The translations under genes were made by a program, and so were the position numbers. From Fimbriosthenelais zetlandica (Eukaryota): a stretch of 64,000 bases of DNA. Numbering within the stretch: position 1 is the first letter of the stretch; the number at the start of each line of letters is the position of its first letter. Below the pieces are notes generated by a model. It did no database searches. It had not been told where the DNA came from and saw only the letters and a program-made list of their open reading frames with translations. This document shows positions 50,723 through 62,784 of the stretch, piece after piece. The DNA lies in assembly GCA_977030845.1 (NCBI GenBank), contig OZ365113.1, positions 12,958,001-13,022,000 of the forward strand, in the 5' to 3' direction.

Positions 50723-51220
50723 GTAGGCATAAATCTAGTATTATTTAATTATAAAATGTCAAATTAAAACTTTATTTATAAATTATAATATTAGCTGATC
50801 GTAGTGCTGGGATAAAAGCTAAAGACAATAGGCTTAATGTGTTAGAATAGCTCCTGAATAGCTAGGCCTACCGGTATATTTCTGGACCTGTTTGGACTTT
50901 CAAGCATTATTGCTACGTAGCCTACGTAGCCTAGAACTACCAATCTAGACTTGTGATATTATTGGTAAAATCTTAAGCTGATCTAGGCCTAATATAAGCG
51001 GCTTAGCCATTATAGCAAGGCCTAATAATAATATGACAAGGCCTATAAATATAATCTGGGTCCAGAATATATATACGGTATAAAACTACAATCACAATGT
51101 AATGTCTAGGCTTAGGCTATAGACTACTGATACTAATAGTACGGTAGGCCTATGCCTACGGGTAGAAGTTTCTCACAGTGTGAATAACATACCACTCACG
51201 TTTTCTTTTCCTCTTGCCAG

Positions 51221-51322
51221 CTCGTGACACCATGGACCATGTTGTATGTGGTTCGTGTGGAGAAAATTTTGGCCTCGCCAATCTACCGGAATTCATCCAG
51301 CATAAACAGAACTTTTGCCAAG
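51221..51322 (+). CDS. Zinc-finger gene coding exon 2: CCHC finger of BCL11A ZnF0 type (CGSC-x14-H-x4-C)
   Basis: Strong acceptor ttttcttttcctcttgccag|; donor AAG|GTAATA; 102 nt, phase 1-1; DHVVCGSCGENFGLANLPEFIQHKQNFC has the spacing of BCL11A [28 protein letters not shown]. Confidence 0.9.
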
Positions 51323-51480
51323 GTAATAGACTCACTACTATATGTGATTCGATCACCTACTATACGAGTACACTAAAATAGTCTAATTCAATCACCTACT
51401 GGTAAATTTGACAGACAGATAATTCCTTTGTATTTTCTTTAATTACAAAGTATAATTTGTATTCCTTTTATTCTTCCCAG

Positions 51481-53610
51481 GGATAGGAGCAAAACAGCTG
51501 ATGTGCCAGTCATGTCTGCAGAAGTTCTCTTCTCCGTGGGGCCTCCTTCAGCACGCCCAGTCTTCCCATTCATTAAAAATTTTCTTTGGGCAAGGTACGA
51601 AGCCCTCTACCCTCCAATCAGATCCACAGAAATCCATGATTGTCTTAAACAAGTCTAAATTCAAAGTTCCTAATGGGGACCAAGCTGTGGAGGTGAGTAG
51701 TCAGACCTTCCCTACACCCACAACTACTGTCAACCAAGTGATTACTACATCTACAGTGGCAACAGTGACCCCTGGGAAAGCACCTGCACCAACCAACATC
51801 TCTGGTAAATCAAGTCAGGTCACTCAGACTGGGCCGCCTTCTTCCTCCTCTATCAAAGTCAACACTAATTCAGTTGTTACCAATTCACAGAGTGTAACAA
51901 CTAATGCCATGAAAGTTGTCCCTGTGGCGGAAAGGTCAAGAACAGAGACAACTGCAGTTTTTACCATGTTACCTCATATACCAGTCCTGCAGCCAATCAC
52001 ACTTCCTCAGGGAGCAATGTTAGGAGCCACCCTGGCCCCAGGAACCTTGACGCCCAGGATCATAGCTTATAATTCAACCCCAAGACGTCCTGATGTAGCA
52101 AGCCTGGAAAAGAATGTTAAGATAGCTCCTAAACCTACAGCAAAATTAAGCTTTGATTTGACGCCTGGGAAAGCACCTGCACAACCAGTCCACTTGCCCA
52201 CCACAAACTTGGCCTCTACGATTGACTCTCCTTCTAAGGTTCAGTTTGTTTCCAAAGAAATTACCCCTGTTGCTAGACCTCCGGAAAAGAATCCTACAAG
52301 CAATGAACACCCTGTAAGTGTACTTCTGAAAGAGAAGCAATTACCAATCGTGCCTTCGACTCCAACCCCAGCTGAAACAGTACCAAATGAAGATGTGCTT
52401 AAATCAAATAAAGACCTTCCTGTTGCGTCAGAATCAAAACTACCACATGCAATTGTCCTTGCACAGCCAAGACCAGTTCAAAGCCAACTTGTACCTAGGG
52501 TGAGCAAGACTAACTCATGTCAATGTTGTGCTAGTGCTGAAACCTCTGTTTGCCCATGTGGACCAATAAGCCCTCCACGCAAAGAATCAAAATCTTCTTC
52601 TAAACCAGCTAAGCTAGTAGGCAGTGATGAAAGTCAAAATAGTCTGAACTTGGATGGTGACATAGTAAGCACCTCTGATCTGTTTAATTCCACTATTGAA
52701 TCACATGAGACAGAAAACCCTAGTCCAGAAGGTGAGAGCCCAGAGAAGGAAGGAGAAAAGGAACTTTCAGAATCAGAAGATGGAGTACAGTGTTGTAACA
52801 ACCAGGACTGTGGAGTGACCATTATGCCAGGAACTCATGAACGTCTCAAGAAATGTTGTAATGCTGTTGTTCCAAAGAAGCGCAAGCGACATATGGAAAC
52901 CAAACACCGAATCAAAAAGCGTTCCGTAGAGGCCTCCTATACTCCAGAAGAGAACACTATTTATATTGACTTCCAGACTAATTCAGATGTTTCTTGTGTT
53001 TCTGGTTCTAACCCAGGTGTGACAGTGAGTGCTGATAACTCTAGCAGGACTATCACGGTGAACACCAGCACTGCCTTGATGGAGCCAGAGTCGATGATAA
53101 GAAACCAGAGTCCACAGTCTCTCACCCTGTCTATACCCTGTTACACCAGGAAGGCACCATGCTCCCTTCTTGGACGACAGAGACCCGTCAAGCTTCCACC
53201 GGACCAGGCTCAGGATCACATGCGGGGCTGTAGATGTGAATGTTGTCCTCTTGCACTACAACTTCTCAACTCAGTGCGGGACATTAAAACAAGGCGGCGG
53301 TCTGGTAGCAGTGAGGGGAAAAAGGATGCGGCTCATACAAAGGATCATACAAATGAGGAGTTAAGACAGATCATTGCTAATGTTAAAACGGAGGATCTAT
53401 TGTCAGAAGAGAGACCGACTGAGGAGAGTGGAAGGAGCAAATCAGGAATAAATAGACTAAAGGCCATGAAGAAGTCATCATTGATGAAGTCACAAGCTTC
53501 TATTAATAAAAAGAGAAGGTATCCCACATCCAAACCGTTTAAATGTGACCAGTGTGATCATGCATTTAATCAAAGAATTCACTTGAAGAAACACCAGAGT
53601 AAACACACCG
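51481..53610 (+). CDS. Zinc-finger gene coding exon 3: BCL11 ZnF1-like C2H2, long S/T/P-rich region, Cys clusters, basic NLS-like motifs, first C-terminal C2H2
   Basis: 714-codon ORF; CQSCLQKFSSPWGLLQHAQSSH resembles BCL11A [22 protein letters not shown]; acceptor ttcttcccag|; donor CCG|GTAAGA. Confidence 0.95.
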
Positions 53611-53718
53611 GTAAGAAATGTATTGTAGATACATGTTTTTGCTAATAGAGCTCTACATGTAATTATTTTCTTCAATTTGGTTCTACTCGCATTTCATGAA
53701 TATTTTATAACGTTTCAG

Positions 53719-53802
53719 GAATCAAACCTTACAAATGTGAACAATGTGATTATTCAACTGTTGAACGCAGCCATCTGAAGGTCCATATTCGTGTTCATAC
53801 TG
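53719..53802 (+). CDS. Zinc-finger gene coding exon 4: C2H2 finger (IKPYKCEQCDYSTVERSHLKVHIRVHT)
   Basis: 84 nt, phase 1-1, tttcag| and CTG|GTAAGA; completes TGIKP and TGEKP linkers. Confidence 0.95.
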
Positions 53803-53934
53803 GTAAGACTTACCTTCGTTGTCATTTATTAAAATTTATTCACATCTGAAAGAATCTGTATCTGTAGAAATGCTTGAAGAATTCCTCATTGTTTTTAAAG
53901 GCCCATTCTTATCTGACGAAACTAATTATTTTAA

Positions 53935-54264
<330 letters not shown>

Positions 54265-55689
54265 GTCCTATATGAAAGGTTCATTTTTACGTTTTGATGT
54301 TGACGCAGATTTAATTAATCAAGGTGCTTATTAGGGTTTCCTATCATATTAAATGTATCAGATCCCATATCTGACTGATGCTTCACCTCTGTCATACTTA
54401 CTTATGTACTCTCGTACTATGGGGATTTCTCTCAGGTGTGAAATTATCTGAAAATCCTTCTTTGTGTGAAAAGTGAAAATTGATTTATTCTGACATTCAC
54501 CAGACATAATCACCCTTGTTAACTAATGTGACAAATTGTTAACTAATGTAACAGACCTCCAATTACTACTGTAGTACTGTACATAGTCTGAATAATTGTG
54601 GAAATTTCCTCCTGAAGTGGCACTTATTTTACAAAGAATTGCAATGAATAATAATACAGTAAAGTATTGAGGTGTAAGTCCGATTTGGATCCTGCAAAAA
54701 ACTGTTCAAATAAGATTATGTAAGATTGTGTTCTATCTGTTCACTGTAGCGAGTAATGGTAAGAAACTTACACTCTCATTTTCATGTTCAAGTGTTTATT
54801 TACAATTTTAATTTTCTTCGTTAATCATTTGTAAGAATACCGTGGCTATCTCAGTCAAATTGCTTCTCGTTGTTTGCTTCAGTTATTTGCTCAAGACTTT
54901 TCTTTCGTGTATTTCTCTTGAAAAACTCCTGACGATAATGGACAACTATTTAATAACAATACAATCCAAGTCCACTAATAAGATTGGATATGTGAAGGAT
55001 GTGCCATCTTCTGTATAATGAATGTACATGTACCCACAAGGCATCTACGCCAGCTTTGCCAGTAAGCTTTCCCAGACTTGGCCTTGATAAGCCATCATCA
55101 TAATATAACTTACCCTCACTGTAGATTATCAGGGAATTAGGTTTAATATTTGATGGAGGAATTTTCTTCCAGACGTAATCTTAGAATAAGTCTGCAGGAT
55201 TATCCAAGTGTCTACTAATCTGTATCATCATTTTCTACTGAGCTGCAGAAGATGATTATTTGTCATTGGCACTTATGTGATATAATTGTTCTGGCTATTC
55301 CCTCCAAGGGAGCCATTTGTTGATGTAATTAGATTTGAGCTGATGAATGTGTATTTCGAGCGTTACATGAAAGAAGTGTGTATTTTGGTTAGAGAAACAT
55401 AATAGCTTTATCTTTTTGTGCATTTGAGAAAATAGGAGATTTTTTTTCAGCGCCTGGTTCTCAATTATCATTTAGGTTACTGGGTTTGTTAATGAAACCC
55501 GAATCTGTCACATACCTGTACTGTGGACATGTACAAAAAGCATAATGAATTTTTCAAAATCAAAAACTTTAATCCGGAATAAGTTACATGTAGAATATTC
55601 AATAATCCAGATTAATGTCATATCTCATACAATAGAGAAGATCAAGCTACTTGTGCACCGGTGCCATGAAATATCCTCGTTGAATTTTG

Positions 55690-55695
55690 AATAAA
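55690..55695 (+). terminator. Candidate polyadenylation signal of the zinc-finger gene
   Basis: First AATAAA seen after the stop codon; U-rich sequence downstream. Confidence 0.4.
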
Positions 55696-56464
55696 ACTAA
55701 AAATTATGTTCTCTATATATATGTATCTGTTATGTAGATTTGATGTTATGTCTAACCTATGACTCATTTAAGTGTGGATTTGATATGAGTGATGTGGTTT
55801 GGAAGGTATCTTTCTGATTTTAAAACGCTTTGACTTGAATCTGTCTGGAATCTTTCCTCCAAATGGCATTCGTTCACATGGCATGAATGGAAAAAGATCT
55901 TAGGTTTGATCAAGGTCCCAAAATATACTTTCTTGAGGATCTAAAATGTGCAAAAGAAGCAAGAGAATATAATTTCCTGTAGTTCTGGCAATCCACATCC
56001 AGCCATGGTCATGCTTGTGGATGACAGAGGGAGGAGTACACACTTACTTATTCATTTTTATCAGGAGAAGACAAATCAGAATAACAGAAGTAAGAATATG
56101 GCATGTCATAAAGGCTACATTCTTCATCTCGACCCTCCATCCAATCACTTTAAATTTATCTTTTGTATACACCCGGACACTTGTCACGATTAATAGTGGT
56201 TGGAGCAACCATAAAAAACACCAACAAATCTTCTTTAGGCCATGTGTAAAGACTTGGGTCAGGTGCAGCACTCGCTTGAAACAAATAACGGCTGTCCAGA
56301 TTGTGATTGATTCTCAGAAGACCGAGCGCTACCATCAACAAACTCAATGTATCACCCCTTACTGCAGGAATTCTTCTTGCTAGAACCGGTAAAAAAGTGG
56401 CCCATGCACTCCTATATAGAGCTATTCACCGGGGCTATTCTAAGCGGATTCTATGGTACAACAA

Positions 56465-56470
56465 TTTATT
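56465..56470 (-). terminator. Candidate polyadenylation signal of the GPCR gene
   Basis: First minus-strand AATAAA seen after the GPCR stop codon. Confidence 0.4.
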
Positions 56471-56921
56471 TCCAATCACATACTGGAACAATGTGGAGAA
56501 TATACAAATGCATTAATTTCACTTTTAGGGTGATATATAATTATGTCATACGCATCTGAAGATTTTATGATCACTTCACGGGGACACTGTTTTTAAAGTG
56601 AAGAGTCAAATACAGTGGCTAATCAGGGCATCTGTGTGTAGCCTGTTCCGCAGTCACCTAAATATGAAACAGTTGCAGTGTTCATGGTGTACTAAAGTAA
56701 ACATTACATTCCTCAAAGAAAGATTTCCTTCTAAGCACGATACATACAATAAAGTATAGCGCTAAGTTTTACCAAAAAAAACTGCAGCAAGTAAAGAAGA
56801 TGCATCATGACTGAGCTAACAGCTATCCCAGAACAATTTGTCTTCTACGTGTAAAGGTTTGGCGCTATACTCATAAAAGGTATTTTCAGTCGAGGAAAAG
56901 GCCTTTGTATGAGCATGGTGC

Positions 56922-58166
56922 CTAGGATGGTGGTGAGGTATGTAGGTTTGCTCTGGCAGAGGAGTGTTTCTTGTAAGATATGAGATATGTGGATGTACAG
57001 TCGACGCCGTCCACGTACGAAGTCCTGATGTCAAAGTATTTCCCATGTCTTGTCCGTGAATGAGAACTCCCTCTGGACGTCTCCCTCCATCGAGCATTCT
57101 GGCGTCTTTTTCTACAACAGACGCAAACTGTATCATATAAGACATCTCTGAACTGTCCGCCTACAGTATAATACAGGATGAAATTACAGGAGAAATTGAT
57201 GACCTGTAATAGATTGGCTACAGCTCGCACTACTAGAAAGTGTTCTATGTGTTTGTGATTGAGGCGGACGATGTCATGTAGGAAGTCCATGATCTGGCAG
57301 GGAAACACCAGAGTTATGAACATGACTACGATGAGTATTAAGGTTAAGGTGATTTTAGCACTGACTCCACTGTGTATTCCATGCACATGGCAGCGTCTCT
57401 GCGTTTGTTGTGAGTTCCTGAGGGCTTTGATCAATAAACAATTACAAACACTAAGAATAAAGGCTGGTATGATGACGCCCAAAACATTCCTCACCCAAAG
57501 ATAGCTGAGCCCCATGTCTGTGTTCAAGTCGAGAAATCCTATATCCATAATGGTATATGTAGCGTTATTCATAATGAACTTCCTGGCCGAATACTGACAA
57601 AAAGATGGTGCATTAAGGATGATACAGGACGCTATAGTGATGCCATAGATCACACGAGTTCGTGCCTTGGAAAGGATGAACCTGGCCTTCAAGGGGTGGC
57701 AGATACCTACATATCTAAATATGGACAATATAACAGTAATCCATGTACTAACAAGGATAAATGTGGTTACCACACCAGTACCATACATCTGGTAATAAAA
57801 GCTGAAACCTCGATAACGAAACAGAGATGTGGTGTCTGAAAGCATTACTGGAGCCCTTGGGAATATGGCAATACAGAAGAACATGTCAGACAATGCTAAT
57901 AAGATCATGCCCAGAAGTGCGATGCTTTCTGTCCCGTCTGCTTTCATTTTGGATCGTGTCCTTACTCGAACAAGAACGATCAAGCTGATGAGGTTGCCTA
58001 GACAACCAAAGACACTAACTGTAGGTGTGATTATGAGGTATAACATGTCCTGGATGAAAGTTTCAAGCATTCCATTTTCCTCAGACTGGAATGTCTTAGG
58101 ATCACTAAGGTTTGTGAACAGCTCCATTGTAGAATTGACCGTGGATGAATTGTCGCCGTCTGCCAT
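56922..58166 (-). CDS. Class A (rhodopsin-like) GPCR, FMRFamide/sex-peptide-receptor-like group, 414 aa, uninterrupted CDS
   Basis: Seven hydrophobic segments; TM1 GN, TM2 LALSD, TM3 FRYVGICHP, TM7 NFILY, helix-8 FR, C-terminal CVCC; N-terminal sequons NSS, NST, NLS. Confidence 0.95.
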   Translation of the reverse strand: MADGDNSSTVNSTMELFTNLSDPKTFQSEENGMLETFIQDMLYLIITPTVSVFGCLGNLISLIVLVRVRTRSKMKADGTESIALLGMILLALSDMFFCIAIFPRAPVMLSDTTSLFRYRGFSFYYQMYGTGVVTTFILVSTWITVILSIFRYVGICHPLKARFILSKARTRVIYGITIASCIILNAPSFCQYSARKFIMNNATYTIMDIGFLDLNTDMGLSYLWVRNVLGVIIPAFILSVCNCLLIKALRNSQQTQRRCHVHGIHSGVSAKITLTLILIVVMFITLVFPCQIMDFLHDIVRLNHKHIEHFLVVRAVANLLQVINFSCNFILYYTVGGQFRDVLYDTVCVCCRKRRQNARWRETSRGSSHSRTRHGKYFDIRTSYVDGVDCTSTYLISYKKHSSARANLHTSPPS

Positions 58167-58251
58167 CCTCCCGTATAGTTTCTTTTATGCTAACGTTTTT
58201 GGGCTCTGGCCTACTCGAAGATGCCAACCATTGAGCAACCGAGTCTTGAAC

Positions 58252-58270
58252 CTGAAGAAGGAAAAAGCTA
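58252..58270 (-). other. Splice acceptor of a 5'-UTR intron of the GPCR gene
   Basis: Minus strand agctttttccttcttcag| 85 nt upstream of the ATG. Confidence 0.65.
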
Positions 58271-61200
58271 AGCATCAACATTATAGTACATATTTATTGG
58301 ATATATTATGTAAACTTCATTGAGAAAACCTGCGAAACTAGTGACACATTGTAAATAATATTCATCCCAATATATGGACGACTGATCAATATTCATCTGG
58401 AAAACTGAAGCATTTTAAAAAGCACATCTATTTTGACTGCGTGTAATCATTTGTTCTTACACGACAGAAGAACCAATAATGAAAAAGCTACTTCCACAAA
58501 TGATGCCTACATACCAATAGAGAGATTGCCTTTCTACCATCACAGTACATTATGCAGTGAGGACAGTATATGTCTTTTGAAGCTTAGCAATTAAGATATT
58601 GATGAATTTCATCTATGTCTGTCACTGTGATTACACATCTGCTCAGAGACTTCAGACTCATTTTGCGAATAGTAGCAACACTGCAATTTTATTAGGCCTA
58701 GTATCATCCGACGTATAAAAGACAGATATTGGATTACCACCATGATGGAAGTTCTCTTTTCCATGGATTATATCTAGAACGATTGTTAATTATGAGTTGT
58801 CCATTCCCCCTTTTTGGTCTGACCAAGAGGATACAAATCAAAGCAGTAATGGTGATGTTACTCCTGAGGCAGAAACCGAAATATAACTCAATGACAGTTT
58901 ATAAAGCCAGGTCCAGTGGCTGGTTTAGAATGGATCAGCAGGCCCACTGAATGAAAGCAGGGAGCACGGATCTTCGCCATCAGAATCTTGGTACCTGACT
59001 CCTGCACACTATTATCCTTATCAATACCAGTTTTACAGAAGGGCAATTTCCCACCAAGATTCGACCAATTAAGCCTTGATGAATTCGTCTGGGCTGACCT
59101 GGCCTTGACAACTTTCTACCGCACGCTTGTATCAAAGGGCCAATTGGCCAAGAGCCGCCAAATCTCATGTTGTTGGCACCATGAATCAGGCGATTTAACC
59201 AGTACCACATGAAGAGGGTCCAGGCAAGGGGAGGCAGGTCAATAAATGTGGGTGGATATGTATTGACGAGGCAATAAGGTTAAGGATGCCAGTATGTCAG
59301 CTGTTTGGCAAAACTACTCGGGTAGACTACTTTTTCACGCCCCATTTAGTGGGTAAATTCCACCATATGGGACCTGGCTAGACATTGATTTGTTTAGTTT
59401 GCAGAAGTAACCAAAAGACTACAATGCATAAATGTATCATGTCTTGCATAAACTGATCTAAGTTTGCATCAGTCTGATCGATGCATTCACGAATGACCGA
59501 ATTGATCATGCAACACCTTGAGGTAATGATACGATACTTTTGGGGGGCAATATACAATATTTCCTGTCGGGAACAGGATACCGGATAGGGCATGCAGTGG
59601 CCAGTGCAACAATTTTGCTTAGAGGGTCATTCAAGCAAGAAGCATACAGTCTTGACAGAGTGTATGACAGGGTTTTTTTCTGAAGGATATTCTGACTGTT
59701 ATCTTGTATATGTGACAGGGCTTTCCAATCAGGAAATCTTCAGTGATGAGTTCTTTCTTCCTCCTCCTGACTTATTCCATTTATCCTTGAAGTTGAAGGT
59801 TTTAGAGGAGGTAATTAATGGAATTGCATTTCGATTATTTTAGCTTTTTAATACTTGGAACCTTCCCCTGTGATGTTTAATGAGCCCGGCGTTAATAAAA
59901 GTTCCCTGTCACTGGAAATGTCATTGGCCAGATTGAAAAAAACACGACCTCATTTCAAAATGATAAATTAATTTATTGGGTTTTGCAGAAATCTTACGAA
60001 CGACACTACCACCCGTATTGTTTTTTACCTGCTGATAACAGAAATATCTGTAACTAGATACAGTTGTCTCCCATAGAAAACAAGACCCATCATTATGATT
60101 CATGGAAAATGACAAAATGTTATTTTCACTGTTATCACAAAATGATAAAACGAGTCACCCCATATCAGCAGCTTGAGTGTCCATGATTCCCGCAATGTTT
60201 TGGCCTGTATCTGAGAAAGTCATTAAGTAGGCACCCCGTTTGACTACCGGTATTAGGCTAAATATTTGATCTTTTCAGATAATATAAGTTGCACGAATTA
60301 TAGTTAAATGGCCACTGGAACCTAGCCTTCCATGTAACTTTCCAGATCTCTAGACCTGTCAGTAGTTTATTTCATTGTATTGCTCTTATTCTCCACTATA
60401 TTTGTTCTTGTGGTCTCTGGGCGACCTGCTTCTGCTTGACTCGGAGTTAATGGGCATATCATGCCGGAAGGATTGTCTTTTTATTACCGCGTAAATAAGA
60501 CGCGGATGGGAGATTTCTTCCTTATATGTTGAAATTGAGCTTCAGGGTGTGTTGCAGAGGAGATGTACATAATGATGCGTAATTCCTGTTATGTGGCTGT
60601 GTTTTGTTTGTCTAAGGTCTATCCTTTCTTTCTGCATTAATCATGTTTATACCGCCTCACTGCTCTCTCTATAAGGCTCTTAATGTGATTGTAGGGAGAC
60701 CACATGTGAACGAAGTGTGTTGTAATGCACCTGTCGAATCTTATTCGTGATGGAATGAACAAAATTAATTCATTTAACTTTGTTCAATATCAGCATTATG
60801 GACCATTTTGAGCATTAATATTTAATATGCGGCTTGAAGGTGTTCATTTGAAAGGAGGAAACCGTTTAAGGACGAACTTCACCATTAAAGAGCAGACCTT
60901 CAGCTGCCCGGACATGACTTTTCCATTGAAAAGCTAAAATTGCCAACATGAATCCTGAGAGAGTGGAGAAGGTGATTTGAGCACAGTCCACTCAGGGCCT
61001 TACAGCTAACCATCAATAGGTGATAGTAATATGCGGGGTGGGGTCGTACTTCAATTACGATCAATATATATATTCATATATCAACATATTACATCCAATT
61101 CAGACCAATATGACATTTTTAATGCTGGCTTGGATAACACCTCCTTATATTAGTTTTAAAGCTATGCAACAGGTCTTATACACAAATTATTTGCTGACAC

Positions 61201-62419
61201 CTTATCTGAGCCGACACACATTAATTTGAAAGGGCATTGGGTTGGACATATATGAGAGTGTCGGGTAGAAATCCCCTTGGCTACGCCCCAGTATAATTAT
61301 TACGTTGAAAGGGAAATCAAAGCTGGAATACACCGCAGGTGAATGGATACACGTAAACACATTCTTTCTACTTGAATCTAGACTTGACAACAATATAGTG
61401 AAATGAAATGGAGAAAATGAAAAGATAAAAAAAACTCTGCGTGCAGCTCATATATATTTCCTGTATGAGAAAAGTGACTTTCAAAGTGAATTCTAATATC
61501 ATAAATCAAGTTAGGACTCACCTTAGACTGGCTGGATCCTGCAAAATATGCTGATATCAAGGAAAATTCCAAGTGGAGCTGGATTCACCTTTGTAGAAGC
61601 AAGGCTAGTAGTATAGCACACTGGTTCTGTCTTTCAGCGCACGAATACTGAAGGACCTGGTGAAAAGCTGATGAGACACCAAGCATTGCGTCACTGTCTG
61701 TCTGGCCAATAGGAAGCTCGCCAGTACTAAGGGGCTTAAAACCATGCAGTGCTTTATATATGATGGTCCTCAGGAGGCTTGCAGGTTTCTTCTATTAAAT
61801 TATAGAGAAAACTTTTTTATTCTTTTTCCTAATACCATTGGTAAAGTACTCGAGAAGGAATTTTTTTCAGAGGTCGTTTTTATTCTGGATCCCTGGGATA
61901 ATATACCCTGGTCGTATAACACTCTTCTATTAATTGTTCACGTTCCAATGACTGCAGTTTGATACAACTCATCTGACATTTGTTGCTTCTTAGCAATCTC
62001 AGTGGGAACGTCAATATCAAGCATATTATTCCGGCACCTTGTGTTCACTTAGGCCTGCTGGGTGAAATAAACATTTCCATCTTAGTCTTCCAGGAAGCCA
62101 TTGAAGATGACATTGGACAATTAAAGGTAATGGATTGGACATGTACAAGTGACGAAAATCCCAACTCGAGATTCATTGTGGTGGTATTTCTTCCACTTAA
62201 TCATCACACGTGGAGTCAAATGGTATACTTTAAAATACGTTTCAACTTCAGTCGTGTTCAATCAATTTGTTAACTTAACGGATGGACTGTGATTTAATAT
62301 GTATTGATAATTTCATCGCGGGGGAATGGCATCTCTTTTCCCATTATATAATGACAGTATCGTACCATATTCATATATGTTCAATAAGCAAGTTATGGGT
62401 GACAATTGACATAATTATA

Positions 62420-62784
62420 GGGCTCATCCACTAGGTCGCAAGGGGGAAGCGAGCAATGGCGATCAGTGATCACTAGCGATCAAATCGCTCAATATTTAGA
62501 ATGTTTAATATTTTGTGCGATTAATCGCATTTTTATGATCGCATGTAGCTTGCGATCCAATCGCTTATATGGATGAACACCGGCGATCTGATCGCTTGTA
62601 CTGGCGATCAGGGGCGATCTAATCGCTAGGTACAAGCGATCAGAGGCGATCAGGGGCGATCTAATCGCCAGATAAAAGCGATCAGATCGCTGCCACCTCA
62701 TCCACACCTATGTGATCGCTTCGGATCGTTAATAGCACTGATCGCAAGCAATCTCTTGCCCCTTGCGACCTAGTGGATGACCCC
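62420..62784. mobile_element. MITE / non-autonomous DNA transposon, 365 bp, 26-bp TIRs, TA (TATA) flanks
   Basis: Left GGGCTCATCCACTAGGTCGCAAGGGG versus right CCCCTTGCGACCTAGTGGATGACCCC (25/26 inverted match); no internal ORF; about 17 GATC-centred internal repeats. Confidence 0.88.

Larger units (their letters stand above)
45649..51153. repeat. Island of dispersed TAGGCCTA / TACCGGTA / TAGGCTA-TAGCCTA motifs spanning both divergent promoters and their first introns
   Basis: Manual count about 28 TAGGCCTA and 7 TACCGGTA here, versus one of each noticed in the remaining 58 kb. Confidence 0.9.

Noticed and set aside
53611-53645. ORF-track C-terminus KKCIVDTCFC of the 714-aa ORF
   Set aside because: Intron read-through; the donor at 53610 splices in frame to two more finger exons
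57259-58323. Plus-strand ORFs of 81 and 164 aa
   Set aside because: Antisense shadows of the GPCR CDS
62489-62707. 72-aa ORF with repeated DRxYLAIRSPLIA
   Set aside because: Translation of MITE internal repeats, not a transposase
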